Below, piece after piece: positions 11,717 to 20,791 of a DNA stretch of 64,000 nt; position 1 is the stretch's first letter, and each line of letters begins with the position of its first letter. Made by a program: the position numbers and the translations under genes. Source of the stretch: Candidatus Eiseniibacteriota bacterium (lineage in GTDB: Bacteria > Eisenbacteria > RBG-16-71-46); NCBI GenBank assembly GCA_963744995.1, contig CAVUWA010000002.1, forward strand, positions 640,001 through 704,000, read 5' to 3'. The notes under the pieces are model-generated. The model ran no database searches. It saw nothing but the letters and a program-made list of their open reading frames with translations, and was not told the DNA's origin.

Positions 11717-12460
11717 GTGAAAGCCAGGACCGTCGCCGTCATCGCCGCGATCGTCGTGATGGCGGCCGTGTGCGTGCGGCTCGGCTTCTGGCAGATCTCG
11801 CGCTACCATCAGAAGACCGCCGAAAATGCGCGCCGCGCCGCGGCGATGGCGGCCGCGCCCGTCGAGGTCGACAGCGGACTGCTCGCGGCGGACGCGCCGC
11901 CGGCGCTGCAGCTCGAAGCGCACGGCCATTACGACGAGACGCGGCAGATCCTGCTCAGCGCGCGCACCCACGACGGCTCGCCGGGGGTCGACGTCGTCAC
12001 ACCGCTCCGGTTCGACGACGGTGCGGGCGCGGTGCTCGTCAACCGCGGCTGGCTCTACGCGGGGGACGCATCCACCGCACACCCGCTCGAGTGCGCCGAG
12101 CCCGGCGAACAAACCGTGATCGGCATCGCCGCGCCGATCGAGAAAGGGGTCGGCGGCCCGCCGTGGCGGGCGATGAAGCAGGATTCGGCGACCGTGTGGT
12201 CGGCGCGCTGGCTCGATGCCGACTCGGTCGCGGCGCGGTTTCCGTACCGGATCGCGAGGGTCGTGATCAACCAGCTGCCGGGCGACGGCGTGCCCGCCCG
12301 GCCCGCCCGCATCCAGCCGCGGCCGCTGGACGTCACGATGCACGTGAGCTATGCGGTGCAGTGGTTCCTGTTCGCCACGATTCTGGTGGCGGGGTCGGTG
12401 CTCGTCGCGGCGCGCGGGCGGCGCGGCGCGAAGCCGGCCCCGGTGCCGGGGGACATGTGA
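11717..12460 (+). CDS. SURF1 family protein
   Basis: 'LGFWQ..R', 'VLVNRGW', 'H..YAVQWF' motifs; two terminal TM helices. Confidence 0.92.
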   Translation: MKARTVAVIAAIVVMAAVCVRLGFWQISRYHQKTAENARRAAAMAAAPVEVDSGLLAADAPPALQLEAHGHYDETRQILLSARTHDGSPGVDVVTPLRFDDGAGAVLVNRGWLYAGDASTAHPLECAEPGEQTVIGIAAPIEKGVGGPPWRAMKQDSATVWSARWLDADSVAARFPYRIARVVINQLPGDGVPARPARIQPRPLDVTMHVSYAVQWFLFATILVAGSVLVAARGRRGAKPAPVPGDM

Positions 12461-12475
12461 CCGGGGAGGATTCGA

Positions 12476-14260
12476 ATGAGGCAGTCGATCGTCACGACGG
12501 GGCTGGCGATGGCCGCGCTCGTGCTGGCCGCCACCGTTCCGGCGATGGCGGCCGCTGACGCGACGGCGGACCTCCACCGCCTGATCGACGACTACTGGGA
12601 GCATTCCCTGGCGGCGCACCCGCGAGCCGCGACCTCGATCGGCGTGCGGACCTACGACGCGAAGCTCGAGGACAACTCGCCGGCCGGGCGCCGCAGGGAC
12701 GAAGCCCGCCTCCGCTCCGTGCTGGATCGTGCGCGCGGGATCGAGGCCGACGCGCTCGGCCCCGGGGACCGGCTGAACCTCACCGTGCTCGTCGAAACCG
12801 TCCAGAGCGAAGTGCTGGAGCTGCAATGCGACATCGACGAATGGGTGGTCGACCCGCTGGACGGTCCCCAGATCTGGCTCTTCAACCTGCCCGACATCAC
12901 GCGCATCGACACCCCCGCGGCCGCGGCGGACTACGTGGCGCGCTGCTCCGCGTTCGACCGCTGGATGGACCGCCACATCGCCAACCTCGAGCGCGGTCTC
13001 GCCGCCGGACGTGTGGCCGGCGTGAACGCCGTCATGAAGACGATCGGCACGCTCGATCAGGAACTCGCACGGCCGCCCTCGGAATGGCCGGCGATGTCGC
13101 CCGCGAAGGCGCCGCATCCCGAGTGGTCCGAGCACGACCGCCTGACGTTCACGCACGATCTCGCCGCGGCGATGGAGAAGCACGTGCGCCCGGCGTTCGA
13201 GAAGTACCGGAAGTTCCTCGATCAGCGGATCCGCCCCGCGGCGCGGCCCGAGGACAAGGCCGGCCTCGCCGCGCTGCCGGGTGGCGCGGAGTGCTACCGG
13301 AAGATGATCCGCGCCGAGACTTCGCTCGATCTCTCGCCCGAGGAGCTGCACCGGATCGGCCTCGAGCAGGTGGCCGCGTTCCGCAAGGCGCTGTCGGAAC
13401 TCGGCGCCCGCGTGCTCGGCACCAGGGACGTCGCCGAGATCCAGAGACGCCTGCGCGAGGACCCCGCCATGCACTTCGCCACGTCGGCGGAAGTCGAGGC
13501 CAGGGCGCGTGAGGCGCTGGCGCGCGCGCGCGCCGCGATCCCCGACTGGTTCGGAACCCTGCCCGCGGCGCCCTGCGAGGTGAAGGTGATGAGCGAATAC
13601 GAGGCGCCGAACTCGACGATCGCCTACTACCGGCAGCCGTCCATCGACGGCTCGCGGCCGGGGTACTACATGATCAACACCTGGATGCCGGAAACGCGGC
13701 CGCGCTACGAGGCCGAGGCACTCGCATTCCACGAGTCGATCCCCGGGCACCACCTGCAGATCGCGATCGCGCAGGAGCTGCAGGGAATCCCCGCCTTCCG
13801 CAAGGCGGACGGCGTGACCGCGTTCATCGAAGGGTGGGGGCTCTACGCCGAGCGGCTCGCGGACGACATGGGGCTCTACTCGTCGGACCTCGATCGCATC
13901 GGCATGCTCTCCTACGATGCATGGCGCGCCTGCCGGCTGGTCGTGGACACCGGAATGCATGCGATGGGCTGGAGCCGCCAGCGGGCGATCGATTACATGT
14001 TCGACAACTCGGTGCTCGCCAGGAACAACATCGAGAACGAGGTGGACCGCTACCTCGTGTGGCCCGGGCAGGCGCTGGCCTACAAAGTCGGTCAGATCGA
14101 GATCCTGAAGCTTCGTGAGGAAGCGCGCCGCCGGCTCGGCGACCGCTTCGACATCAGGGCGTTCCATGATGCCGTGCTCCGCAATGGTGCGGTGCCGCTC
14201 CCGGTGCTGCACGAGCAGGTGGAGGCCTGGATCGCGAGCGCGGAGGCCGCGCGACCGTAG
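12476..14260 (+). CDS. DUF885 family secreted protein (putative metallopeptidase)
   Basis: Signal peptide; '[10 protein letters not shown]', 'EGWGLYAE', '[10 protein letters not shown]' motifs. Confidence 0.93.
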   Translation: MRQSIVTTGLAMAALVLAATVPAMAAADATADLHRLIDDYWEHSLAAHPRAATSIGVRTYDAKLEDNSPAGRRRDEARLRSVLDRARGIEADALGPGDRLNLTVLVETVQSEVLELQCDIDEWVVDPLDGPQIWLFNLPDITRIDTPAAAADYVARCSAFDRWMDRHIANLERGLAAGRVAGVNAVMKTIGTLDQELARPPSEWPAMSPAKAPHPEWSEHDRLTFTHDLAAAMEKHVRPAFEKYRKFLDQRIRPAARPEDKAGLAALPGGAECYRKMIRAETSLDLSPEELHRIGLEQVAAFRKALSELGARVLGTRDVAEIQRRLREDPAMHFATSAEVEARAREALARARAAIPDWFGTLPAAPCEVKVMSEYEAPNSTIAYYRQPSIDGSRPGYYMINTWMPETRPRYEAEALAFHESIPGHHLQIAIAQELQGIPAFRKADGVTAFIEGWGLYAERLADDMGLYSSDLDRIGMLSYDAWRACRLVVDTGMHAMGWSRQRAIDYMFDNSVLARNNIENEVDRYLVWPGQALAYKVGQIEILKLREEARRRLGDRFDIRAFHDAVLRNGAVPLPVLHEQVEAWIASAEAARP

Positions 14261-14314
14261 GGGGCGGCGACGTTTCCCGCCGGCTGCTCTCCCGACCCTC
14301 GACGAGGAGAATCC

Positions 14315-15064
14315 ATGAGCGACAAAGTCATCGTCATCACCGGCGCCAGCGCCGGCATCGGCGCCGCTGCGGCCCGCACCCTGGCGTCGCGCGGCGCACG
14401 GGTCGTACTGGTCGCACGCCGCAAGGCGGAACTCGAAGCCGTCGCCGCCGACTGTGGTCCCGACGCGCTGGTGGTGGTCGCCGACGCCGCGAATCGCGAA
14501 GCGGTGCGCCGCGTGATCGCAGCCGCGCTCGAGCGCTTCGGCCGCATCGACGTCTGGATCAACAACGTCGGACGTGGGCTCACCGTGCAGCCCTCGCAGC
14601 TCACCGACGAGGATCTCGACGAGATCATGCGCCTCAACGTGAAATCGGCCCTGTACGGCATGCAGGAGGTGCTGCCGCACTTCAAGGAGCGCGGCGACGG
14701 CCAGGTGATCAACGTTTCGTCGCTGCTCGGCCGCGTGCCGTTCGCGACGTTCCGCTCCGCCTACAGCGGCGCCAAGCACTTCCTCAACGCTCTGACCGCC
14801 ATGTTCCGCGCCGAAGTCCAGGAGACGCATCCCGGGATCCAGTTCACGCTGGTCTCGCCGGGCGTGGTGCGCACCGATTTCGGGCTGAACGCCATGCACG
14901 GCGGACCCGACTCGCGCACGTTCCCGGAATCGCAGAGTGCCGAGGAGATCGCCGGGGTGATTGCCGACGTGGTGGAATCGAGGCGGCCCGACGTCTACAC
15001 GCGCAAGGGCATGCAGGCGAGGATCGCCGGCTACTACGCGAGCGTGGGGGCCGATCCCGCGTAG
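14315..15064 (+). CDS. Short-chain dehydrogenase/reductase (SDR)
   Basis: [17 protein letters not shown] (YxxxK). Confidence 0.93.
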   Translation: MSDKVIVITGASAGIGAAAARTLASRGARVVLVARRKAELEAVAADCGPDALVVVADAANREAVRRVIAAALERFGRIDVWINNVGRGLTVQPSQLTDEDLDEIMRLNVKSALYGMQEVLPHFKERGDGQVINVSSLLGRVPFATFRSAYSGAKHFLNALTAMFRAEVQETHPGIQFTLVSPGVVRTDFGLNAMHGGPDSRTFPESQSAEEIAGVIADVVESRRPDVYTRKGMQARIAGYYASVGADPA

Positions 15065-15167
15065 TTCATGGCAGGGGCGACCGTTCGTCCCGCGGAATCG
15101 ACCACCCGGCGCCGCCGTATTGCGCGGGGCGCCGGACGCGGCGAAGATCCCGCGCCACGGAGGCCCC

Positions 15168-16343
15168 ATGCCCAGGTCGCGCACGCCGCTCCAGAATCTG
15201 ATGCGCATGTTGTGGACGATGCCGCTCATGGCGATTCCATTCGCCGTGCTGTTCGGCACGCTCAGCGGTTCCACGCTGATCCACTACGCGTACGCCTACG
15301 TCATGGCGATCATCTTCGGCTACTGCATCGGCCTCGCGAACTGGGCGGCCGGGGCGTTCGTGGTTCCGAGGCTGGACACGGCGAGCGCCGTGAAGCAGCG
15401 GCATGCGCTCCTCGGCAACGGTGTGTGGTACGTCGGCGCGAGCTTCCTGGGGGCGGCGGCCGCGTCGCTCATCATCCACCTGACGATCCTGCCGAACTTC
15501 CTCGGGAGCGGACGATCCGTGGCGCTGATCGTCATGTTCACGTTCCTGTTCACGGCGCTGTTCATGGGCTTCTCCTACGCCCGCACCTTCTACCGCCAGG
15601 CCCTGCAGCAGGCGCGTGCCGAGCAGGAGCTGAACATGGCGCGCCGTATCCAGCGCTCGTTCCTGCTCTCGCAGTTTCCGCAGAGCCCTAAGATCCAGGT
15701 CCATGCCGTCAACGTCAGCTCGCGCGAGGTGAGCGGCGACTTCTACGACGTCGTCGCCTCGGGCGAGGCCCGGATGCTGCTGGCGATCGCCGACGTCTCG
15801 GGCAAGGGCGTCCCCGCCGCGCTGCTGTCCTCCATGCTGCAGGCGTCGCTGCGTTCGCAGGCCCACGCCGGCATGCGCGTCGCCGAGCAGCTCGCGAACA
15901 TCAACGGGCTGGTGTGCGACCGCACCGCGCCCGAACAGTTCGCGACGTTCTTCCTGGCGCGCATCGACGAAGAGGCGATGACGCTCGAGTACGCGAACGG
16001 CGGCCACAACCCGCCGCTGCTGCTGCGCGCCGACGGCTCCGTGGAGCTGCTGGAGAAGGGCGGCACCGTGCTCGGGTTCCTGCCGGACGCGGCGTTCGAA
16101 CAGGGGACGGCCCCGCTGCGCCCCGGCGACCTGATCGTCATGTACACCGATGGCGTCACCGAGGCGGTCGGCCCGGACGGCGGGATGTTCGGCGAGGATC
16201 GCCTCGAAGCGCTCTTGCGCGGGCTCGACCGTTCGCGCAGCGCACGCGAGATCGTCGAGGACGTGCTCGAAGGGCTCAGGCGCCATCTCGGCGGGCGCGA
16301 AGCGGGAGACGACGTGACCGTGCTGGTGGTACGGGTGCTGTAA
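15168..16343 (+). CDS. Membrane-bound PP2C/SpoIIE-family protein phosphatase (RsbU-like)
   Basis: About 4 N-terminal TM helices; 'VSGDFYD', 'IADVSGKG', 'YTDGVTEA', 'DDVT'. Confidence 0.92.
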   Translation: MPRSRTPLQNLMRMLWTMPLMAIPFAVLFGTLSGSTLIHYAYAYVMAIIFGYCIGLANWAAGAFVVPRLDTASAVKQRHALLGNGVWYVGASFLGAAAASLIIHLTILPNFLGSGRSVALIVMFTFLFTALFMGFSYARTFYRQALQQARAEQELNMARRIQRSFLLSQFPQSPKIQVHAVNVSSREVSGDFYDVVASGEARMLLAIADVSGKGVPAALLSSMLQASLRSQAHAGMRVAEQLANINGLVCDRTAPEQFATFFLARIDEEAMTLEYANGGHNPPLLLRADGSVELLEKGGTVLGFLPDAAFEQGTAPLRPGDLIVMYTDGVTEAVGPDGGMFGEDRLEALLRGLDRSRSAREIVEDVLEGLRRHLGGREAGDDVTVLVVRVL

Positions 16344-16581
16344 AGGGTGCCGCGCTCCGATCACCATCTGTTCGACCGGCCGGCGCGTGGCGTCCACGCG
16401 AACCTTGATTGTCGGCCCGAACCCATTACCCTCACCCGATGGTCCATGTCCGCCCTGCACGAGAATCCGATGAGGAAGCGCTCGGTCGTTTCGGTGGCGC
16501 GCTCATGCGCCAGCATCACGCCGCGGATCCGCGGCGGCTCATTCTCGTCGATCGACCGGAGGCGGAACCGGGATCCGACGC

Positions 16582-18903
16582 GTGACCGGGCCCGCCTCCG
16601 TCCCTGCCGACTGGCTCTGGGGCTGGGATCCCACGCCGGGCATCGTCTCGGTGTGGGCGGAGCTCTCGGGCGCCGCCATCGTATGGCGGCGGCTGCCGGA
16701 GTCCGGAGATTTGGTCCGCGAGGACACGCGCTTCCGGCCGTGGCTGGTGCTCGACCGGCTCGATGACCTCGCGCATCTTCGGGAACGTCTCGCGCCCGAG
16801 GGCGACCCCGACGCGCGGGTCACCTGGCGTGAGCTCGGAGGCCCCGGTTCCCTGCGGTATCTGGTGAGCGCTGCCGACGGGCGCGACCTGACCCGGGCGC
16901 TGTTGAAGGGCGCGTCGCAGCGACTCGGCCGCCCGCTCGGCCATCTGCGCGACCTCGACAGGGCGAGCGTGATCTCGCTGCCGCCCGAGGAGCAGTACCT
17001 GGTCGCGACCGGCCGCACCTACTTCCGCGGCCTCGCGTTCGACGGGCTGCGCCGCATGCAGTTCGACCTCGAGACCACGGATCTCACCGCCGGGCGCGGC
17101 CGGATCTTCATGATCGCGGTGCGCTCCCCCTCGGGCGCCGAAGAAGTGCTCGAAGCACGGGGTCCGGGTGACAGGGCGGAGGCGGAGCTGATCCGGCGGC
17201 TCGTCGATACGGTGACCGCGGCGGACCCCGACGTGATCGAGAACCACAACCTGTTCGGCTTCGATCTGCCGTTCCTCGAACAGCGTGCACGGCGCCTCGG
17301 CGTGCGGCTCGGACTCGGGCGACTCCCGGCTCTGGGCCTGCGTTCGCGACCGGCGCGCCGCGACCGGAGCCGCATCGTGATCCCGGGCCGCGAGTGCATC
17401 GACACGCTCGACGCGGTGCGCCGCTACGACTTCGCGATCCGCGAGTTGCCGGGCCACGGCCTGAAGGCGGTAGCGCGGCACTTCGGGATCTCGCCGCCGG
17501 ATCGCGAGCTGATCCGCGGCGACCGGGTCCACGAGACCTGGCGGAGTGACCCCGAGCGCGTGCGCCGCTACGCGACCGCCGACGTCACCGAAGTCGCCGC
17601 GCTCGCCCGGCTGCTGGGCGGCGCCGCGTTCGGGCTGGCGCAGCTCGCGCCGCGCCGCTACGAGCGGCTCGCCGACGCCGGCGCGGCGACGGGCATCATC
17701 GATCCGCTGCTCGTGCGCGCCTACCTGCGCGCCGGGCACGCGCTGCCCGCGCACGAGCCGGGCGACGGCACGACGCACAGCGGCGCCGCGCTGCATCTGT
17801 TCGCGACCGGCGTCGCCGCACGCGTGGTGAAGGCCGACGTCGCGAGCCTCTACCCGTCGCTGATGCGCGCACATCGCATCGGCCCGCGCCGCGACCGGCT
17901 CGGGGTACTGCTCGCCCTGGTGGACGGGCTGGTCGAGCGGCGGCTCGCGGCAAAGGCCGCCGCGCAGGCGGCGCCGCCGGGCTCGGCCGAGCGTTTCGCG
18001 CACGAGGCGACCTCCGCCGCGATGAAGCTGGTGGTGAACACCGCCTACGGCTACCTCGCAGCCGGCGGTGAGCTCACCCGGTTCGCCGACGTCCACGCGG
18101 CCAACGAGGTCACGCGGCGCGGCCGCGAGACGCTCGACCTGATGTGCCGCGAGCTCGAGGCGCGCGGCGTGACGCGGCTCGAAGCGGACACCGACGGCGT
18201 CTACTTCGCCGTGCCGCAAGGCTGGACCGAGGCCGACGAGCGGCGCGTCGTCGCCGAGGTCGGCGCGCTGCTGCCGCCGCTCGTGCGGCTCGAGTTCGAG
18301 GGCCGCTACGCCGCGATGCTGTCACACGAACCGAAGAACTACGTGCTGCTCGGGTACGACGGACGTCTCACGCTGCGCGGCGTGGCGTTTCGCTCCAGCC
18401 GCGCGGAGCCGTTCGGCGAGGCGTTCCTGAAGCGCGCGGCCGAACGCCTGCTGACGGGAGACGTGCCCGGCCTCAGGCAGGTGTACGTCGACACCGTGGC
18501 CGCGCTCAGGCGGCGCGAGTACTCGAACTACGACGTGTCGTCACGGGTCCGGCTCACGAAGACGCCCGCAGAGTACCGGGCGTCACGGGAAGGCCGCCGC
18601 GAGTCGTCGTACGAAGCCATGCTGTCGGCGGGGCGCAGCCACTGGCGCCGCGGCGAGCGGGTGCGGGTCTACCGCGCCCGGAACGGCGCGGCCGGGCTGG
18701 TGGCCGATCGCCAGGGCGCCGCGCCCGACACGCCCGACTATGACGCCGAGCACTACGTGCGGGTGCTCAGGGAGAACTTCGCCTCGCGGCTGGCGCGTGC
18801 GTTCGCGCCGGCGGACTTCGCGGTACTGGTCACCGACCCCGACCAGGGGGCCCTGTTTCCCGTGGCGTTCGCCGACGTGAGGACGGTGCTGAAGACGATC
18901 TAG
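16582..18903 (+). CDS. polB: Family B DNA polymerase with 3'-5' exonuclease domain
   Basis: Exo I FDLET, Exo II HNLFGFD; pol motifs DVASLYPS, KLVVNTAYG, ADTDG. Confidence 0.92.
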   Translation: MTGPASVPADWLWGWDPTPGIVSVWAELSGAAIVWRRLPESGDLVREDTRFRPWLVLDRLDDLAHLRERLAPEGDPDARVTWRELGGPGSLRYLVSAADGRDLTRALLKGASQRLGRPLGHLRDLDRASVISLPPEEQYLVATGRTYFRGLAFDGLRRMQFDLETTDLTAGRGRIFMIAVRSPSGAEEVLEARGPGDRAEAELIRRLVDTVTAADPDVIENHNLFGFDLPFLEQRARRLGVRLGLGRLPALGLRSRPARRDRSRIVIPGRECIDTLDAVRRYDFAIRELPGHGLKAVARHFGISPPDRELIRGDRVHETWRSDPERVRRYATADVTEVAALARLLGGAAFGLAQLAPRRYERLADAGAATGIIDPLLVRAYLRAGHALPAHEPGDGTTHSGAALHLFATGVAARVVKADVASLYPSLMRAHRIGPRRDRLGVLLALVDGLVERRLAAKAAAQAAPPGSAERFAHEATSAAMKLVVNTAYGYLAAGGELTRFADVHAANEVTRRGRETLDLMCRELEARGVTRLEADTDGVYFAVPQGWTEADERRVVAEVGALLPPLVRLEFEGRYAAMLSHEPKNYVLLGYDGRLTLRGVAFRSSRAEPFGEAFLKRAAERLLTGDVPGLRQVYVDTVAALRRREYSNYDVSSRVRLTKTPAEYRASREGRRESSYEAMLSAGRSHWRRGERVRVYRARNGAAGLVADRQGAAPDTPDYDAEHYVRVLRENFASRLARAFAPADFAVLVTDPDQGALFPVAFADVRTVLKTI

Positions 18904-19053
18904 TCGGCCGCGCGGCGGCACCCGAGGGGCCGTCGATCGCCTGCGGCATCGTCCCGCCAGGATGCGCATCCGGTCGACGCCGGGCGCACGACGCATGCTT
19001 GACGCTCTCCTGACAGCCGGCGTGTGAAATCATTGTCGAGTCGATATCCATCA

Positions 19054-19082
19054 TTGACAGTCGATCGAACGCTGGCTAATAC
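19054..19082 (+). promoter_or_regulatory. Putative sigma70 promoter of the Gld-like ABC operon
   Basis: Perfect TTGACA, 17-nt spacer, weak -10 TAATAC, in a locally AT-enriched stretch. Confidence 0.5.
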
Positions 19083-19130
19083 AGGTGTGCTGCACGAAGG
19101 CACATTTCCACCCGGCCGCCATCGTCTCGG

Positions 19131-20069
19131 ATGATCGAGCTCGACCAACTCGAAAAAACCTACGGCGAAACACGAGCCCTCAAGGGGATCTCGTTTTCGA
19201 TCTCGAGAGGACAGGTCGTCGGCCTGCTGGGCCCGAACGGCGCCGGCAAGACGACGGCCATCAAGATCGTGGTCGGCTACCTGCTGCCGACCGCCGGAAC
19301 CGCGACCGTCTCGGGCTTCGACGTCGTGAACGATCCGCTCGAGGTGCAGAAGCGCATCGGCTACCTGCCCGAGAACGCCCCGCTCTACCTCGACATGCTG
19401 GTCCAGGAGTACCTGGACTTCATGGCCGACATGCGGGAGCTCGACGTGACGACCCGCCGGCGCCGCCTGGTCGAGGTCGTCGAGGACTGCGCCATCCGCG
19501 ACGTGCTGACGCGCCCGCTCGGGCAGTTGTCCAAGGGCTACCGGCAGCGGGTCGGGCTCGCGGCGGCGCTGCTGCACGATCCCGAGATCCTGATCCTCGA
19601 CGAGCCCACCACGGGACTCGATCCCAATCAGATCATCGAGGTGCGGCAGCTGATCCGGCGCATGAGCGAGAGCAAGACCGTGATCTTCTCGACTCACATC
19701 CTGCCGGAGGTCGAGGCCACCTGCGACCGCGCGGTGATCCTGATCGACGGCCTGGTGCGTGCCGACGGAACGCTCGCGGAGCTCACCCGCTCGCGCACCG
19801 AGGTCGTGACGCTGGCGTCCACCGATCCCGCCGCGGCGCGCACGGCCTTCGCGGGGCTGCCCGGTGTGGCCGCGGTCGAAGAAGAGCGCATCAGCGACGG
19901 CTTCCATACGTTCCGGCTCGCGCTCGCCGGCGATCTCGAGATCGGGGAAGCGGTGGGGGACCTCGCGTACCGGAACGGCTGGCGGCTGCGCGAGCTGAGG
20001 CGGGACGATCGTTCGCTCGAGCAGGTATTCCGTGAGCTGACCTCGTCCAGCGCGGGAGCCGCCTCGTGA
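19131..20069 (+). CDS. ABC transporter ATP-binding protein (GldA-like)
   Basis: [19 protein letters not shown], 'DEPTTGLDPNQI'. Confidence 0.93.
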   Translation: MIELDQLEKTYGETRALKGISFSISRGQVVGLLGPNGAGKTTAIKIVVGYLLPTAGTATVSGFDVVNDPLEVQKRIGYLPENAPLYLDMLVQEYLDFMADMRELDVTTRRRRLVEVVEDCAIRDVLTRPLGQLSKGYRQRVGLAAALLHDPEILILDEPTTGLDPNQIIEVRQLIRRMSESKTVIFSTHILPEVEATCDRAVILIDGLVRADGTLAELTRSRTEVVTLASTDPAAARTAFAGLPGVAAVEEERISDGFHTFRLALAGDLEIGEAVGDLAYRNGWRLRELRRDDRSLEQVFRELTSSSAGAAS

Positions 20070-20788
20070 AGCGGGTGCGTTCGGTGGCCGCCCGCGAGCT
20101 GCGCGCCTACTTCAACTCCCCGATCGCGTACGTGTTCCTGGCGGTGTTCGCGGGCACGGCGCTGTTCACGTTCTTCAACGCCCAGTCGTTCTTCGCCCGC
20201 GGGATCGCCGATCTGCGCGGCCTGTTCGGCCCGCTGCCGTTCCTCATGATCCTGCTCGTGCCCGCCCTGACGATGCGGCTGTGGGCCGAAGAGCGGAAGC
20301 AGGGGACGCTCGAAGTGCTGCTGACGCTGCCGGTGCGCGACGACGAACTGGTGGCGGGCAAGTTCCTGGCCAGCTGGGCGCTGCTGGGCTGCGCGCTGGC
20401 GCTCACGTTCGCGCTGCCGGTGTCGGTGGCGTTCCTCGGCAAGCTCGACTGGGGGCCGGTCGCGGGCGGCTACGTCGGGGCGTTGCTGCTGGGCGGCGCC
20501 TACCTGGCGGTCGGGCAGCTGCTCTCCGCTTCGACGGAGAACCAGATTCTCGCGTTCATCCTGGCGCTCGTCGTGTGTCTGGCCCTCTACGGCGTCGGCA
20601 CGGAAGCCTTCGCCGGCCTGTTCGCCGATCGCACCGCGTCGGTGCTGCGGGCGATCGGAACGGGCAGCCGGTTCGAGAGCATCGCCCGTGGCGTGATCGA
20701 CGTGCGCGACCTCGCCTACTACGTCTCGCTCACGTTCTTCTTCCTGGCGGGCTGCGTGATGGCCGTGCGCGCCCGGCGGTGGACCTGA
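20066..20788 (+). CDS. ABC transporter permease (GldF-like)
   Basis: 'REL..YF.SPIAY', 'MRLWAEERKQGTLE.LLTLP'. Confidence 0.92.
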   Translation: MKRVRSVAARELRAYFNSPIAYVFLAVFAGTALFTFFNAQSFFARGIADLRGLFGPLPFLMILLVPALTMRLWAEERKQGTLEVLLTLPVRDDELVAGKFLASWALLGCALALTFALPVSVAFLGKLDWGPVAGGYVGALLLGGAYLAVGQLLSASTENQILAFILALVVCLALYGVGTEAFAGLFADRTASVLRAIGTGSRFESIARGVIDVRDLAYYVSLTFFFLAGCVMAVRARRWT

Positions 20789-20791
20789 GGC

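Noticed and set aside
11492..15274. 1260-aa minus-strand ORF
   Set aside because: Antisense shadow of the SURF1, DUF885 and SDR genes; Arg/Gly/His-rich with no motifs, as expected at this GC content
16467..16495. Hammerhead ribozyme (CCGATGAG resembles CUGAUGAG)
   Set aside because: Core is not CUGAUGA and the required GAAA after stem II is missing
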